This document shows, piece by piece, positions 8,789 to 17,640 of a stretch of DNA of 64,000 bases. The first letter of the stretch is position 1; each line of letters starts with the position of its first letter. Source of the stretch: Deltaproteobacteria bacterium (GTDB lineage Bacteria; Myxococcota; JACRCW01); NCBI GenBank assembly GCA_016218805.1, contig JACRCW010000081.1, forward strand, positions 1 through 64,000. The letters are read 5' to 3'. The notes under the pieces were generated by a model. That model was not told the origin of the DNA. It searched no databases and saw only the letters and a program-made list of their open reading frames with translations. A program made the translations under genes and the position numbers.

Positions 8789-10502
8789 AGGCCAACCTCA
8801 CCAGGACCATCTGCGCCATGTTGGGCGCGTGCGCACCGCGTTGGCCGAGCCCGCCCATGGGGAACAGCACGCCGCCGTCCACCCGCGCGGAAAACGCGCC
8901 CATGGCCATGGAGATGGCCGTGTCCAGTTCCAGTCCCAGCGGCGCCACGCCGCCGGGCGCAGACCGCGGGCTGAGCGCGTGGCTGTAGACCGCGTTCCAC
9001 TCAAAGCGCACGCCCTTGATGGGAGATAGCGCGAGTTTACCGCGCGCGTACGCCGCCTCAGACACGCCGCCCAGCAGCGTGCGCCACAGGATGAGGTCCA
9101 CGCGGTACATGGGGTGGAAACGGAAGGAATCAAACCGCGTGTCGTGCGCGCCGTCCAGCTGCGGACCAAACACGTCACCGGGGCGGGAGCCCACAAACGC
9201 ACTGGCATCCTGCTGCGGAAAGCCGGGCGCGGGATCCGGCGTGGCAAAACCCGCTTCACCGAGAATGCCCAGGCGGCCCGCCAACGGCAGCCATTCACCG
9301 ACGAGAACGCCGCCCAGCGGGTTGCCGTACACCGGCCGGCGCAGCTCCACGCCGGGATACGGCGACGGATTGCCGATGCGCAGCGCGCTTGCGACCACTT
9401 CAGCCTCAATGCGGATCTCCTTCCACCACAGGCGCACCCACCCGTCCGCCATGGCCGCTGTGTACTGCCGACGGACCTGGTCAGTGCGGTTCCATCCGCT
9501 GGAGGCGAGCGCCTGGTAGAAGACGGGGCTGTCCATCACCTGGAATTGCACGGAAACGGCGGCGCCGTAGTCCAGCACCCAGCCCTGCAGCCAGCTGCGG
9601 CGGCGCAGCATGTCCACTTCCCACGGTGCGCGGTAGCGCAGGAAGGCCACGCTCAGCGCCTGTTGCGCGGCAGCGGGGCTGAACGGCTGCGGCCCCCCGG
9701 CAACGACGGGCGCGCGCGGCCCGGAAGCGGAGATGTCTGCAGCCGCCGCGACGAAATGACCGAGAAAGGGCATCACCCAGGCGATCCGATCGGCGCGGTC
9801 GCCGCCGTCGTCGTCAAGATCGTCCCCCGCGTTGGCGGCGATGCCGAGGCCGAAGTGCGTGGGGGCGCGGCCGGCGGAGACCACGCCGAGCGGCGTGAGC
9901 ACTTCACCGACGGCGGTGCGGACGCGGACGGCGCTGGCGGGATCCTGGAACGCGGTGCCGGCGACGATCCCAGTACGACCGTTGTACGGCGTGCCGCGCG
10001 GCGTGGAGCCCAGCGTGAGGTTGTCCAGCAGGTCCACTTCCAGGTGGAAGCGGACGTCATCACTGAACCAGATGCTGGGAGCGAGACGCGCGCGCAGGTC
10101 TGCGCCGGCGGTGAGGTCCAGCGGGGTGTCACCCTTGGGCCACAGCGGTTTTCCCGTGGAGGGGGAGACACCGCGGTCAAGGTCCAGGTTGCCATACAGG
10201 GCACCGCGGACGCGCAGGCTGCCGCGCAGGTCCAGCATTTCGCCGGGTTTATGATCGCGGAAGGGTTCGCCGGGGTCACCGAACCCAACGCGCGCATGGG
10301 CGTTGGGTGCAAGGAGGAGCACCGCTGCCACCGCGTAGCCTCCCACCTTGTGGGGGAGGCGGCGAGCGGTGGGGGGCGGCGAGCGGTGGCGGGCGCGGGT
10401 CAATTCACGGGTATTCGGTGGGTCCAGCCCCCCACCCGCCTCGGCGCTTCGCGCCTCGGCGACCTCCCCCACGCGGGGGGAAGTGACGCGGTGGGCGCTC
10501 AT
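8778..10502 (-). CDS. TIGR04551-like myxobacterial protein, predicted outer-membrane beta-barrel
   Basis: G.LRVR..L..NLDLDRG, DLLDNL.LGSTP, GR.P.HFGLGI.AN.GD..D.D, FRFHP.YRVDLILWR and LG.ELD motifs, recalled from TIGR04551-family proteins. Alternating beta-strand pattern. ATGA overlap with the upstream stop. Confidence 0.7.
   Translation of the reverse strand: MSAHRVTSPRVGEVAEARSAEAGGGLDPPNTRELTRARHRSPPPTARRLPHKVGGYAVAAVLLLAPNAHARVGFGDPGEPFRDHKPGEMLDLRGSLRVRGALYGNLDLDRGVSPSTGKPLWPKGDTPLDLTAGADLRARLAPSIWFSDDVRFHLEVDLLDNLTLGSTPRGTPYNGRTGIVAGTAFQDPASAVRVRTAVGEVLTPLGVVSAGRAPTHFGLGIAANAGDDLDDDGGDRADRIAWVMPFLGHFVAAAADISASGPRAPVVAGGPQPFSPAAAQQALSVAFLRYRAPWEVDMLRRRSWLQGWVLDYGAAVSVQFQVMDSPVFYQALASSGWNRTDQVRRQYTAAMADGWVRLWWKEIRIEAEVVASALRIGNPSPYPGVELRRPVYGNPLGGVLVGEWLPLAGRLGILGEAGFATPDPAPGFPQQDASAFVGSRPGDVFGPQLDGAHDTRFDSFRFHPMYRVDLILWRTLLGGVSEAAYARGKLALSPIKGVRFEWNAVYSHALSPRSAPGGVAPLGLELDTAISMAMGAFSARVDGGVLFPMGGLGQRGAHAPNMAQMVLVRLAYAR
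10338..10484. repeat. 147-bp REP/CIR-like double-hairpin palindromic element, in frame within the 5' end of the TIGR04551-like gene
   Basis: Terminal hairpins GCCTCCCACCTTGTGGGGGAGGC (10338-10360) and ACCTCCCCCACGCGGGGGGAAGT (10462-10484). Inner inverted arms GCGGTGGGGGG / CCCCCCACCCGC, and a GGCGCTTCGCGCC mini-hairpin. Confidence 0.65.
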
Positions 10503-11485
10503 GGCGTGGCGCTCCCGGCGGCGGGCGTGGTGGTGCGCCGCTCGCGCGCCGCCCGTGACCGATCGATCTTTCCGAGCAGTTCCTCGACGATGCGGATGAC
10601 GGCCTGGGGTCGCTCCCACAATGGCACGTGCCCGCACGCGGGGAGCACCTCAAACCGCGCGCCATCCACCAGTGCGGCCAGTTGCTTCCCCGCCGCCAGC
10701 GGCGTGACGCGGTCATCCTCGCCCCAGATGATGACGGAGGGCAGACCCAGTTCCCGGTACCGCACCTGGTCCGGGCCGTAGTCCATGCCGCGTACCACGT
10801 TCAGCAGCGCATACAGACTCCCCGGTCTGAGCGTGTTTCCGCGGAACTCGTCTATTGCATCCGCATTGGCAAACCGGCCGCGGTCATGGAACGCAAGGAT
10901 GTACTTCTCTCCAATGACCTCCTTGAATTGCGTGGAAAACACAAACTCCCCGAGCACGGGAACCTTGGCCCAGCGGAACGCGGACGGGAGCTGCTCGTCC
11001 ATGGCGAATGCGTCCACAAGGATCAGCCCACCCCACCGCTCCGGGTCGTCCAGCGCGGCGCGCAGCACCACGCCGCCGCCATAGCTGTGCCCCACGAGCA
11101 CCGGCTTCACCAGTCCCAGCTTGTCGGCCAGGGCGCGGACGTCGCGCGCATGCGCCGCGGGTCCGTAGGCACCGCGGGGACGCTCGGACATGCCAAACCC
11201 GCGCTGGTCAAGGCTCACCACGCGGCGGTTCTCGGCGAGCGCGGGTTGCACTGCGGCCCAACTCTCCAGGCGGGACGCGTACCCGTGCACCAGCACCAGC
11301 GGTGTGCGGCCGGTGTCAACGCCGGAATCGCGCACGCGCACCCACGCGCCACCCAACTCCAGGAAGCGGTCCGTCGGCGGCGTGCCGCGTTCCAGCGCGG
11401 GTGCCGTGCGCGCATGCGGGCCGGCCATCAGCACACAGCCGCTGGCTCCCACAAACAGCGCTACGGCGCACGCAGCCCGGTTCAC
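10499..11485 (-). CDS. Alpha/beta-fold hydrolase, probable lipoprotein
   Basis: LVHGY, DQRGFG.S, nucleophile GHSYGG, WGEDD acid, CGH.P His. Lipobox-like ASGC. GTGA overlap with the upstream stop. Confidence 0.88.
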   Translation of the reverse strand: MNRAACAVALFVGASGCVLMAGPHARTAPALERGTPPTDRFLELGGAWVRVRDSGVDTGRTPLVLVHGYASRLESWAAVQPALAENRRVVSLDQRGFGMSERPRGAYGPAAHARDVRALADKLGLVKPVLVGHSYGGGVVLRAALDDPERWGGLILVDAFAMDEQLPSAFRWAKVPVLGEFVFSTQFKEVIGEKYILAFHDRGRFANADAIDEFRGNTLRPGSLYALLNVVRGMDYGPDQVRYRELGLPSVIIWGEDDRVTPLAAGKQLAALVDGARFEVLPACGHVPLWERPQAVIRIVEELLGKIDRSRAARERRTTTPAAGSATP

Positions 11486-12489
11486 GGTGGCAGCCCCAGG
11501 CGCCGCAGCTCCGCGGCCTGCGTGAAGACCACCTCGGCCTCGCCCTCCTGGCTGACCACCTGGGTCACCACGCCGTAACACGGCGTCATGAACGAATACC
11601 GCACCCAGTGGTAGTTCAGCGCAAATGGCCACACCGCGATGGGCACGCTGACGTCTTGCACCAACCGCACGCGCAGCGTGTGGAAGCTGCCCGCCGGTAC
11701 CAACACACGTCCCGCGGCATCCACGGTGAGCTCATAGGTGTCATTGGACAGATAGAACGGGTTTCCCTCCAGCGTGCCGGTGGTCTGGGTGGTGGTGCTG
11801 AAGGATACACCCAGCACCAGCGGGAAGCGCAGCACGGTCACCGGCGGCGTGTGCACCGTCCGCGTCACGTCCAGCGCCGCGCTCGCCTCGCCCAGCAGCG
11901 TCAGCTCCGTCGCCGTGCGCCGGTAGACCGCGTACAGCGTGGCCGCGCCGTCCAGCGCCACGACGTAGGTAGCCTCCGGGTAATGGTCCTTGAACCACAG
12001 CCCGTCCAGCGCCAGCGCGGACACCTCAATGGGACGGTCTCCCGGCACGGCGCCGGTGAAGTCCCACTGCACCGCGCCGGACGCCACCGTGCCCACCAGG
12101 TCCACCGCCAGCGGCCCCGCGTCCGCGGCCTCCAGAAAGCGCACGGGGACGCCCAGTGCCAGCGGCAGCTCCGCGGCGGTCAGCGTGTTGTCCTCGTCAT
12201 GCGGGCACGCGGCACCGGCGTCCGCCTGTCCGCCGTCATGTTGCGTTGCAGCATCAGGGGTGTTCCCGGCGTCCACGGATCCCCCGGCGTCCGGTGCGCC
12301 GCCCGCATCTGGGCTGCCGGCGTCCGTGCCGGTGTCATTGCGCAGGCAGCGGCCCCCGCGGCACACCAGCCCCACCGCGCACTGGTCATCCGCCGCGCAC
12401 TCCTTCTCCGTCGTGGGCGTGCATGCCAACGCCGCCGGGAGCGCGGCCACCGCCACCACCACCGCCCATCGCCGCCGCACGTCCGTCAC
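11482..12489 (-). CDS. Lipoprotein with a small Cys-rich module, a DAG-repeat linker and a domain paralogous to 7922..8788
   Basis: Lipobox ALAC, C..DDQC..G.VC..G.C, and PDAG repeats. Start re-called at GTG 12489 with a GAGGAG RBS. Confidence 0.78.
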   Translation of the reverse strand: MTDVRRRWAVVVAVAALPAALACTPTTEKECAADDQCAVGLVCRGGRCLRNDTGTDAGSPDAGGAPDAGGSVDAGNTPDAATQHDGGQADAGAACPHDEDNTLTAAELPLALGVPVRFLEAADAGPLAVDLVGTVASGAVQWDFTGAVPGDRPIEVSALALDGLWFKDHYPEATYVVALDGAATLYAVYRRTATELTLLGEASAALDVTRTVHTPPVTVLRFPLVLGVSFSTTTQTTGTLEGNPFYLSNDTYELTVDAAGRVLVPAGSFHTLRVRLVQDVSVPIAVWPFALNYHWVRYSFMTPCYGVVTQVVSQEGEAEVVFTQAAELRRLGLPP

Positions 12490-12515
12490 CGGTGTCTCCT
12501 CGCCAAGGCGCGCGG

Positions 12516-12544
12516 ACACTCGACGCCCGGCACGCCCTTGTCAA
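12516..12544 (-). promoter_or_regulatory. Candidate sigma70-type promoter for the lipoprotein/barrel/MFS operon
   Basis: Minus strand TTGACA, 17-nt spacer, then a weak -10 (GAGTGT), about 27 nt before the start codon. Confidence 0.3.
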
Positions 12545-12679
12545 CGCGCTTCCCATCCCTCATTGCTGCACTGCATCAAATACGCGGGAGGGGGCTCGGC
12601 CCACGTCGCAGCCGTGGCGGCGCGGGCGGGCCGTGATACGGTCACGGATATTGCTATGCAGCAACACGGAGGGCGGGGC

Positions 12680-13120
12680 ATGAGCGGGTACATCTACCTG
12701 TGCCGGCACGGCCTGGCGGAACCGGCGGCAGCCGGCGGGGACCGGGCGCGCGCGCTCACGGCGGAGGGCCAGGCGCGCGTGGAGCGGCTGGTCGCGGCGC
12801 TGGGGTCGTCGTGGAGCGCGGGCCGCGTGGTGACCAGTCCGTTTGTGCGCGCGCGCCAGACGGCGGAGCGCTATGCCCGCGCGCTGTCCGCCGCGCTGGT
12901 GGAGGAACCCACGCTGGGCAGCGGCATCCTGGACGGGGCGCAGCTGCTGGCGCTGGTGCGGCGGCACGGGCCGGGCAACGTGTTCGTGGGGCACAACCCG
13001 GAGATGGCGGATGCCATTGGCCGCGTAGCCGGTGCGGGCATGGCGGTGACGCCGGGAACCATTGCGGCGGTGCGCTGGGAAGACGCGCGGCTGGTCCTGG
13101 AGTGGGCGCGCGATGAATAG
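12680..13120 (+). CDS. sixA: SixA-like phosphohistidine phosphatase (histidine phosphatase family)
   Basis: YLCRHG, D..R.LT.EG, TSPFVRARQTA and VGHNP motifs. Start re-called at ATG 12680. Confidence 0.8.
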   Translation: MSGYIYLCRHGLAEPAAAGGDRARALTAEGQARVERLVAALGSSWSAGRVVTSPFVRARQTAERYARALSAALVEEPTLGSGILDGAQLLALVRRHGPGNVFVGHNPEMADAIGRVAGAGMAVTPGTIAAVRWEDARLVLEWARDE

Positions 13121-13122
13121 CG

Positions 13123-14082
13123 TCACACCACCAGCACTATCTTTCCCGCCGTGCGGCCCGCGCGACTGAGCGCGTGCGCGCGTTCGACCTCTGCCAGCGG
13201 AATGCGTTCAACCACGTTCACGCGCAGTGCGCCGGACGCCACCGCGTCCACCAGCGGACGCAGGCGCGCGCCGGTTGGCCGGCCCAGCACGGTTGTGGAC
13301 GTCAACGGCGCGCGCAGCAGGTCCAGCCACGCGGAGGGCGTGTCCCCGGCCACCAGCACGTGCCGTCCGCCCGGGCCCAACAGCGCGCGGCAGCGCGGTC
13401 CGCTGTAACCGCCCACACAGTCAATCACCGCGCGGAACGGCGCCTGCGCGCGCGCCTGTTCCAGGGCGTCACCGGCGCCGTAATCCAGCACCGTGTCCGC
13501 CCCCAGTGACCGCACCAGCTCCGCATTGCGCGCTGAGCACACGCTCGTGACGAGCGCACCCTGCAGCCTGGCCACCTGGACGGCGAGCTGCCCCACGCCG
13601 CCCGAGGCGCCCAGCACCAGCACGCGGTCACCCCCACGCACGCGCCCCAACTCCACCACGCAGGTCCACGCCGTCACGCCCGCCACGGGCAGCGCCGCGG
13701 CGGTGACCAGGTCAAACCCCGGCGGCAGCACGCACACCTGGTCCGCGCGCACCCGCACCGTGTCCGCCGTGCTGCCCCGCTGCCCCCGCGAAAAATCCGT
13801 GCCTCCGACGACGGCGTCACCCACCCGCACGCCCGTCACCGCCGGCCCCACCGCGTCCACCGTGCCGGCAAAGTCCACCCCGACGACGACCGGCGGAGGC
13901 GGCCCGACCAGCCGCGCGGCCAGGCGCAGCGGGCCCTGCTCGCGCATCTTCCAGTCCACGGGGTTCACGCCGGCGGCACGCACGCGCACGCGCACTTCAT
14001 TGCGCACCGGCACGGGGTCGGGCAGCTCCACCCGCTCCAGCGGCAGATTCTTCTCCCAGGACCGCTGTGCCATGGCCCACAT
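13123..14082 (-). CDS. NAD(P)-dependent MDR-family (alcohol dehydrogenase/quinone reductase-like) oxidoreductase
   Basis: AAGVNPVDWK, G.DFAGTV, LGASGGVG and GKIVL motifs. GGAGG RBS before ATG 14082. Confidence 0.88.
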   Translation of the reverse strand: MWAMAQRSWEKNLPLERVELPDPVPVRNEVRVRVRAAGVNPVDWKMREQGPLRLAARLVGPPPPVVVGVDFAGTVDAVGPAVTGVRVGDAVVGGTDFSRGQRGSTADTVRVRADQVCVLPPGFDLVTAAALPVAGVTAWTCVVELGRVRGGDRVLVLGASGGVGQLAVQVARLQGALVTSVCSARNAELVRSLGADTVLDYGAGDALEQARAQAPFRAVIDCVGGYSGPRCRALLGPGGRHVLVAGDTPSAWLDLLRAPLTSTTVLGRPTGARLRPLVDAVASGALRVNVVERIPLAEVERAHALSRAGRTAGKIVLVV

Positions 14083-14168
14083 GCGTAGGACCTCCAAAAG
14101 CTCAACGGGCGCCGGCGGGAACTCCGCGCGGCGCCCGTCAATGCGAGCGAGGTTCTACTCCGGGTCCG

Positions 14169-15497
14169 TCACTTCCGGCGACGCATCAGCAGCCCGAGGA
14201 GCGCGAGGCCCGCGAGCATGCTCTCAGCACCGGCCGACGACGCGCACGAGGCGGGGAGGGGCAGCTTGGGGTTGCCTTCCACCTTGACCCTGAAGGTCTG
14301 CACGTCCTGCCGCTTGCCCAGCGCCTTGGGGTCGTCAAACACCAGCTCGCTCTCCAGGCGGATGGTGTATTCGCCCGGCTCCGTGGCCGTGAAGAACGGC
14401 GTCTTGTCCACGGTGTAGCGGTATTCCCACGGGCTGGAGAAGGTCACCGCACCGCGCGGGTTGCGCAGGCTCCAACCGCGGTTGCCGGCCGGGGACTCAT
14501 CCACGCTCCACGTGTACTTGATGGCCGTGTTGGCGCGGTTGGAGAACAGGCGCAGGCGCACCGGTTCGCCCGTCTGGACGGTGGCGTCGGGGCCGGGGCG
14601 CGCAAAGAACGGCGCCTCGGGATCCAGGCAGCGGCCCGCCGCGGGGGAGTCAATGGTGAAGCAGAACTTCGGGTCGCACCCGTCGCCCAGGCCGTCACGG
14701 TCACCGTCAGTCTGGGTGGGGTTGACAGCCAGTCGGCAGTTGTCCAGCTCGTTGGAGACGCCGTCGTTGTCCAGGTCGCTGTCGCACGCGTCGCCCATGC
14801 CGTCATGGTCTGCGTCCCCCACGTCCAGGCCGCCCAGGGTGGGGCAGTTGTCCAGGTTGTCGGGGATGTTGTCGCCGTCAGCGTCACGGTTGCAGGCCGC
14901 GCCCAGCGTGGTGGGGTCGGAGGAAAGCTGCTCGGGGTTGCGCACCAGCGGGCAGTTGTCGGACGGGTCCAGCCAGCCGTCGTTGTCGTCGTCGTCGTCG
15001 CACAGGTTGCCCAGGCCGTCGCCGTCGGCGTCATCGTCCGTGCCCTGGATGGGGTTGGGGAAGAGGATGCAGTTGTCCATCACGTTGGGAATGCCGTCGC
15101 CGTCCGCGTCATCGTCACACAGGTCGCCCAGGCGGTCGCCGTCCGCGTCGGTCTGCAGCGGGTTGCCGGAGCCGGGGCAGTTGTCGCACGCGTCGCCAAA
15201 GCCGTCGCCGTCGCCATCCGCCTGGTCACCGTTGTTGGAGAATGGGCAGTTATCAAAATCGTCTTCCCAGCCGTCGTTGTCGAAATCATCCGAATACTGG
15301 TAGGTGTCGCCGAGGTCGGTCTGGTTGATGAGGATGCTGCAGCCGCAGCCGCAACCGCAGCCGCCACCGCCGGTCTGGTTGGGAGTTCCGCAGAAACCAC
15401 CGGCGCACTCGCCGCTTGCGGACTGCGCGCTTGCCGCCGCCGGAGCCAACAGCACCAGCGCCGCGCCCACCGCCAACCACCGCATCATCGTTCCCAT
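14169..15497 (-). CDS. Thrombospondin type-3 repeat protein with a MYXO-CTERM-like sorting signal (MtsC-like cell-cohesion protein)
   Basis: Signal peptide, EC.G..CG.P...GGGCGCGCG N-terminal motif, and many DNCP...N..Q.D.DGDG.GD.CD repeats. C-terminal SC...LAGLALLGLLMRRRK. AGGAGG RBS. Confidence 0.85.
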   Translation of the reverse strand: MGTMMRWLAVGAALVLLAPAAASAQSASGECAGGFCGTPNQTGGGGCGCGCGCSILINQTDLGDTYQYSDDFDNDGWEDDFDNCPFSNNGDQADGDGDGFGDACDNCPGSGNPLQTDADGDRLGDLCDDDADGDGIPNVMDNCILFPNPIQGTDDDADGDGLGNLCDDDDDNDGWLDPSDNCPLVRNPEQLSSDPTTLGAACNRDADGDNIPDNLDNCPTLGGLDVGDADHDGMGDACDSDLDNDGVSNELDNCRLAVNPTQTDGDRDGLGDGCDPKFCFTIDSPAAGRCLDPEAPFFARPGPDATVQTGEPVRLRLFSNRANTAIKYTWSVDESPAGNRGWSLRNPRGAVTFSSPWEYRYTVDKTPFFTATEPGEYTIRLESELVFDDPKALGKRQDVQTFRVKVEGNPKLPLPASCASSAGAESMLAGLALLGLLMRRRK

Positions 15498-15567
15498 GAC
15501 CTGCCTCCTGGCTCGCGGACCGGAGCTGCCCGATCCTGGACCCGACGAAAGCACGGCCCGTGCCTGC

Positions 15568-15597
15568 GTGAATGCGCTGTATTGATTGCGTATTCAC
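15568..15597. promoter_or_regulatory. AT-rich inverted repeat, a candidate regulator-binding site between divergent genes
   Basis: GTGAATGCGC-N10-GCGTATTCAC (9/10 arm match). Confidence 0.45.
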
Positions 15598-15730
15598 CTG
15601 GCGACCACATCCCACAAGGGCTCCTGTGGAGTGGAGTCGCCGGGGAAACTGGGGACAGATGTCCACGCTTGGAGCGGGTCGGACGGTAGGCGGCTGCAAG
15701 GCCGGCTGCTGGCGGCCTACGGTGACATCC

Positions 15731-17233
15731 ATGTTGATGCAGCGGTGCGTTGGGCCCCTGCTCGTCGTCGTTGTGTCCTGCGGTGGCGAACGAGCGGGCG
15801 GTGGCGGCACGGTGGAGGACGGCGGACCCGGCCGGACCACGGATGCGGGGCCGCGGAACTCTGCGCCACGCTATGCGGACGGACTCACGCTGCGCGCGGT
15901 GACGGCGTACCAGGGCGTGGCGGTGCCGCTGTTCCATGACGGAGCGGAGGTGCCCCCGGCGGCGCGCGGCACGCCGCTGCTGCGCGGGCGCGAAGGCGTG
16001 TTGGAACTGATGATCGACGTCGGGAGCGCGTGGATGCCCGCGCCCGTGACGGCCGCGGTGGTGGTGGTGGACGGCGCGGGCGTTGAGCACACCGCGCCGG
16101 TCACGGACACGGTGGGACGGCCTGCGCCGGGGAGCGAAGTCCGCTGGGCCGTTCCGCTGCCCGCGGCGTTGCTGGTGGACGGGGGACGCCTGCGCGTGGC
16201 GCTGACGACGGAAACGGGCACCGCGGTGGGGCCGTCCGGCACGCACGCGGCGCGCGCACCGCACGACGGGACGACGCTGGACCTGGGGCTGGTGGCGGCG
16301 CACCCGCTGCGCGTGCACCTGGTACCGGTGGCCTACACGCGGGGCGGGGTCACGCGTTCCCCAGACGTGGGCGAGGTCCAGCTCACACGCATCCGCGCGG
16401 CCCTGGGCGCGTTCTACCCGGCGGGGGAAGTGACCGTGGAGGTGGGCGACCCGTTGCCGTGGAGCGGTGGCCTCACGTTCTGGGGAAACGTGGACTTTGA
16501 TGCGCTCAATGACACGCTTTACGATCTGCGCGTGGCCGACGCCCCCGCGGATGACGTCTACTATTACGGGCTGATTGTTCCCGCGGACACCATGGATGAC
16601 TACTGCGGGTGGGGCTGCGTGACCGGGCAGAGCTGGGTGGCGGATGACCCGGCAGATGCCGAGTTGCGCGTGGGCGCCGGCATGGGTTTCACCGGCGAGG
16701 ACAGCGTGCTCACACTGGTCCACGAGCTGGGCCACATGCACGGGCGCTACCACGCACCCTGCGAAGTGGACGACCCGGACCCGGACTATCCCTACGCGGG
16801 AGGAAAGACCGGCGTGTGGGGCTGGGACCGCCGGGACGGCAGCTTCAGGGACCCCGCGGTGTCCACGGACTTCATGGGCTACTGCGACGCGAATTGGGTC
16901 AGCGACTACACGTGGACGGCGCTGCACGCGCGCCTGGCGGCGCTGGACACCGGTGCGCAACCCCGCACCGCGCCGCCCCGCCTCCTGCGCCGGCTGCACC
17001 TGGCGGATGACGGTGGGACGCGCTGGGGTGGTGCCGCGTGGACGCCGCGTTTCTCATCCGGCGTGACGGCCACGGCGCGCTTTCTGGACGGCAACGGCCG
17101 TGAACTGGGCCGTACACCGGTGCCGGTGGTGGCGCGCTCGCACGGCGGGCGCACCGCATGGGTGCCCATGCACGCGGCGGCCGCGGTGGAGATTGTCGTC
17201 GGTGACCGGCGCTGGCGCGCGGTGGAACCGTGA
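15731..17233 (+). CDS. Zinc metallopeptidase lipoprotein (metzincin-like, M66/reprolysin-type)
   Basis: HELGHMHGRYH (HExxHxxGxxH), Met-turn DFMGYC, W.SDY. Lipobox-like VVSC. Start re-called at ATG 15731. Confidence 0.8.
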   Translation: MLMQRCVGPLLVVVVSCGGERAGGGGTVEDGGPGRTTDAGPRNSAPRYADGLTLRAVTAYQGVAVPLFHDGAEVPPAARGTPLLRGREGVLELMIDVGSAWMPAPVTAAVVVVDGAGVEHTAPVTDTVGRPAPGSEVRWAVPLPAALLVDGGRLRVALTTETGTAVGPSGTHAARAPHDGTTLDLGLVAAHPLRVHLVPVAYTRGGVTRSPDVGEVQLTRIRAALGAFYPAGEVTVEVGDPLPWSGGLTFWGNVDFDALNDTLYDLRVADAPADDVYYYGLIVPADTMDDYCGWGCVTGQSWVADDPADAELRVGAGMGFTGEDSVLTLVHELGHMHGRYHAPCEVDDPDPDYPYAGGKTGVWGWDRRDGSFRDPAVSTDFMGYCDANWVSDYTWTALHARLAALDTGAQPRTAPPRLLRRLHLADDGGTRWGGAAWTPRFSSGVTATARFLDGNGRELGRTPVPVVARSHGGRTAWVPMHAAAAVEIVVGDRRWRAVEP

Positions 17234-17246
17234 CCGGGAGGCGCAC

Positions 17247-17636
17247 GTGGGCAAGCTGAAAGCGGGCAAATCAGTCCTTTCCGGGCGGAAGGTTGATCCG
17301 GATGGTGCCGGGTTGTGCGTGCTGGAGACCCACCCGGAGCGCTGCCGCGGCTGGTGGCTGACCATGCAGGTGGAGGCGCGCAGCATGCCGGACGCGCCGC
17401 GCGCGTTCTGGACCACGGTGTCCAACAACGCGCTGGTGCCGGTGGACCCGCGCAACGCGGGGGCCATCCTGGAGGACGCGCGCTCCTGGCCGGGCTGGTC
17501 TGACGCGGACCCGCCGCTGGAAGTCCGCACGCTGTCCGCCGCCGAGTCACACTCGATGATCACGCGCTACGAGCGGCAGGGACAGGGCAACATTGCCGCG
17601 GGCCTGCGCGCCATGCTGAAGCGCGCGCCGGGATAG
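17247..17636 (+). CDS. Hypothetical protein (129 aa)
   Basis: GGAGG RBS before GTG 17247, protein-like composition, fills the gap after the peptidase. Confidence 0.6.
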   Translation: MGKLKAGKSVLSGRKVDPDGAGLCVLETHPERCRGWWLTMQVEARSMPDAPRAFWTTVSNNALVPVDPRNAGAILEDARSWPGWSDADPPLEVRTLSAAESHSMITRYERQGQGNIAAGLRAMLKRAPG

Positions 17637-17640
17637 TCCG

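Noticed and set aside
14600..15300. Repetitive GTCGCCGTC-rich DNA as a CRISPR or non-coding array
   Set aside because: It is explained by the coding TSP3 (DxDxDG) repeats. There is no constant repeat-spacer periodicity and no cas genes in the window.
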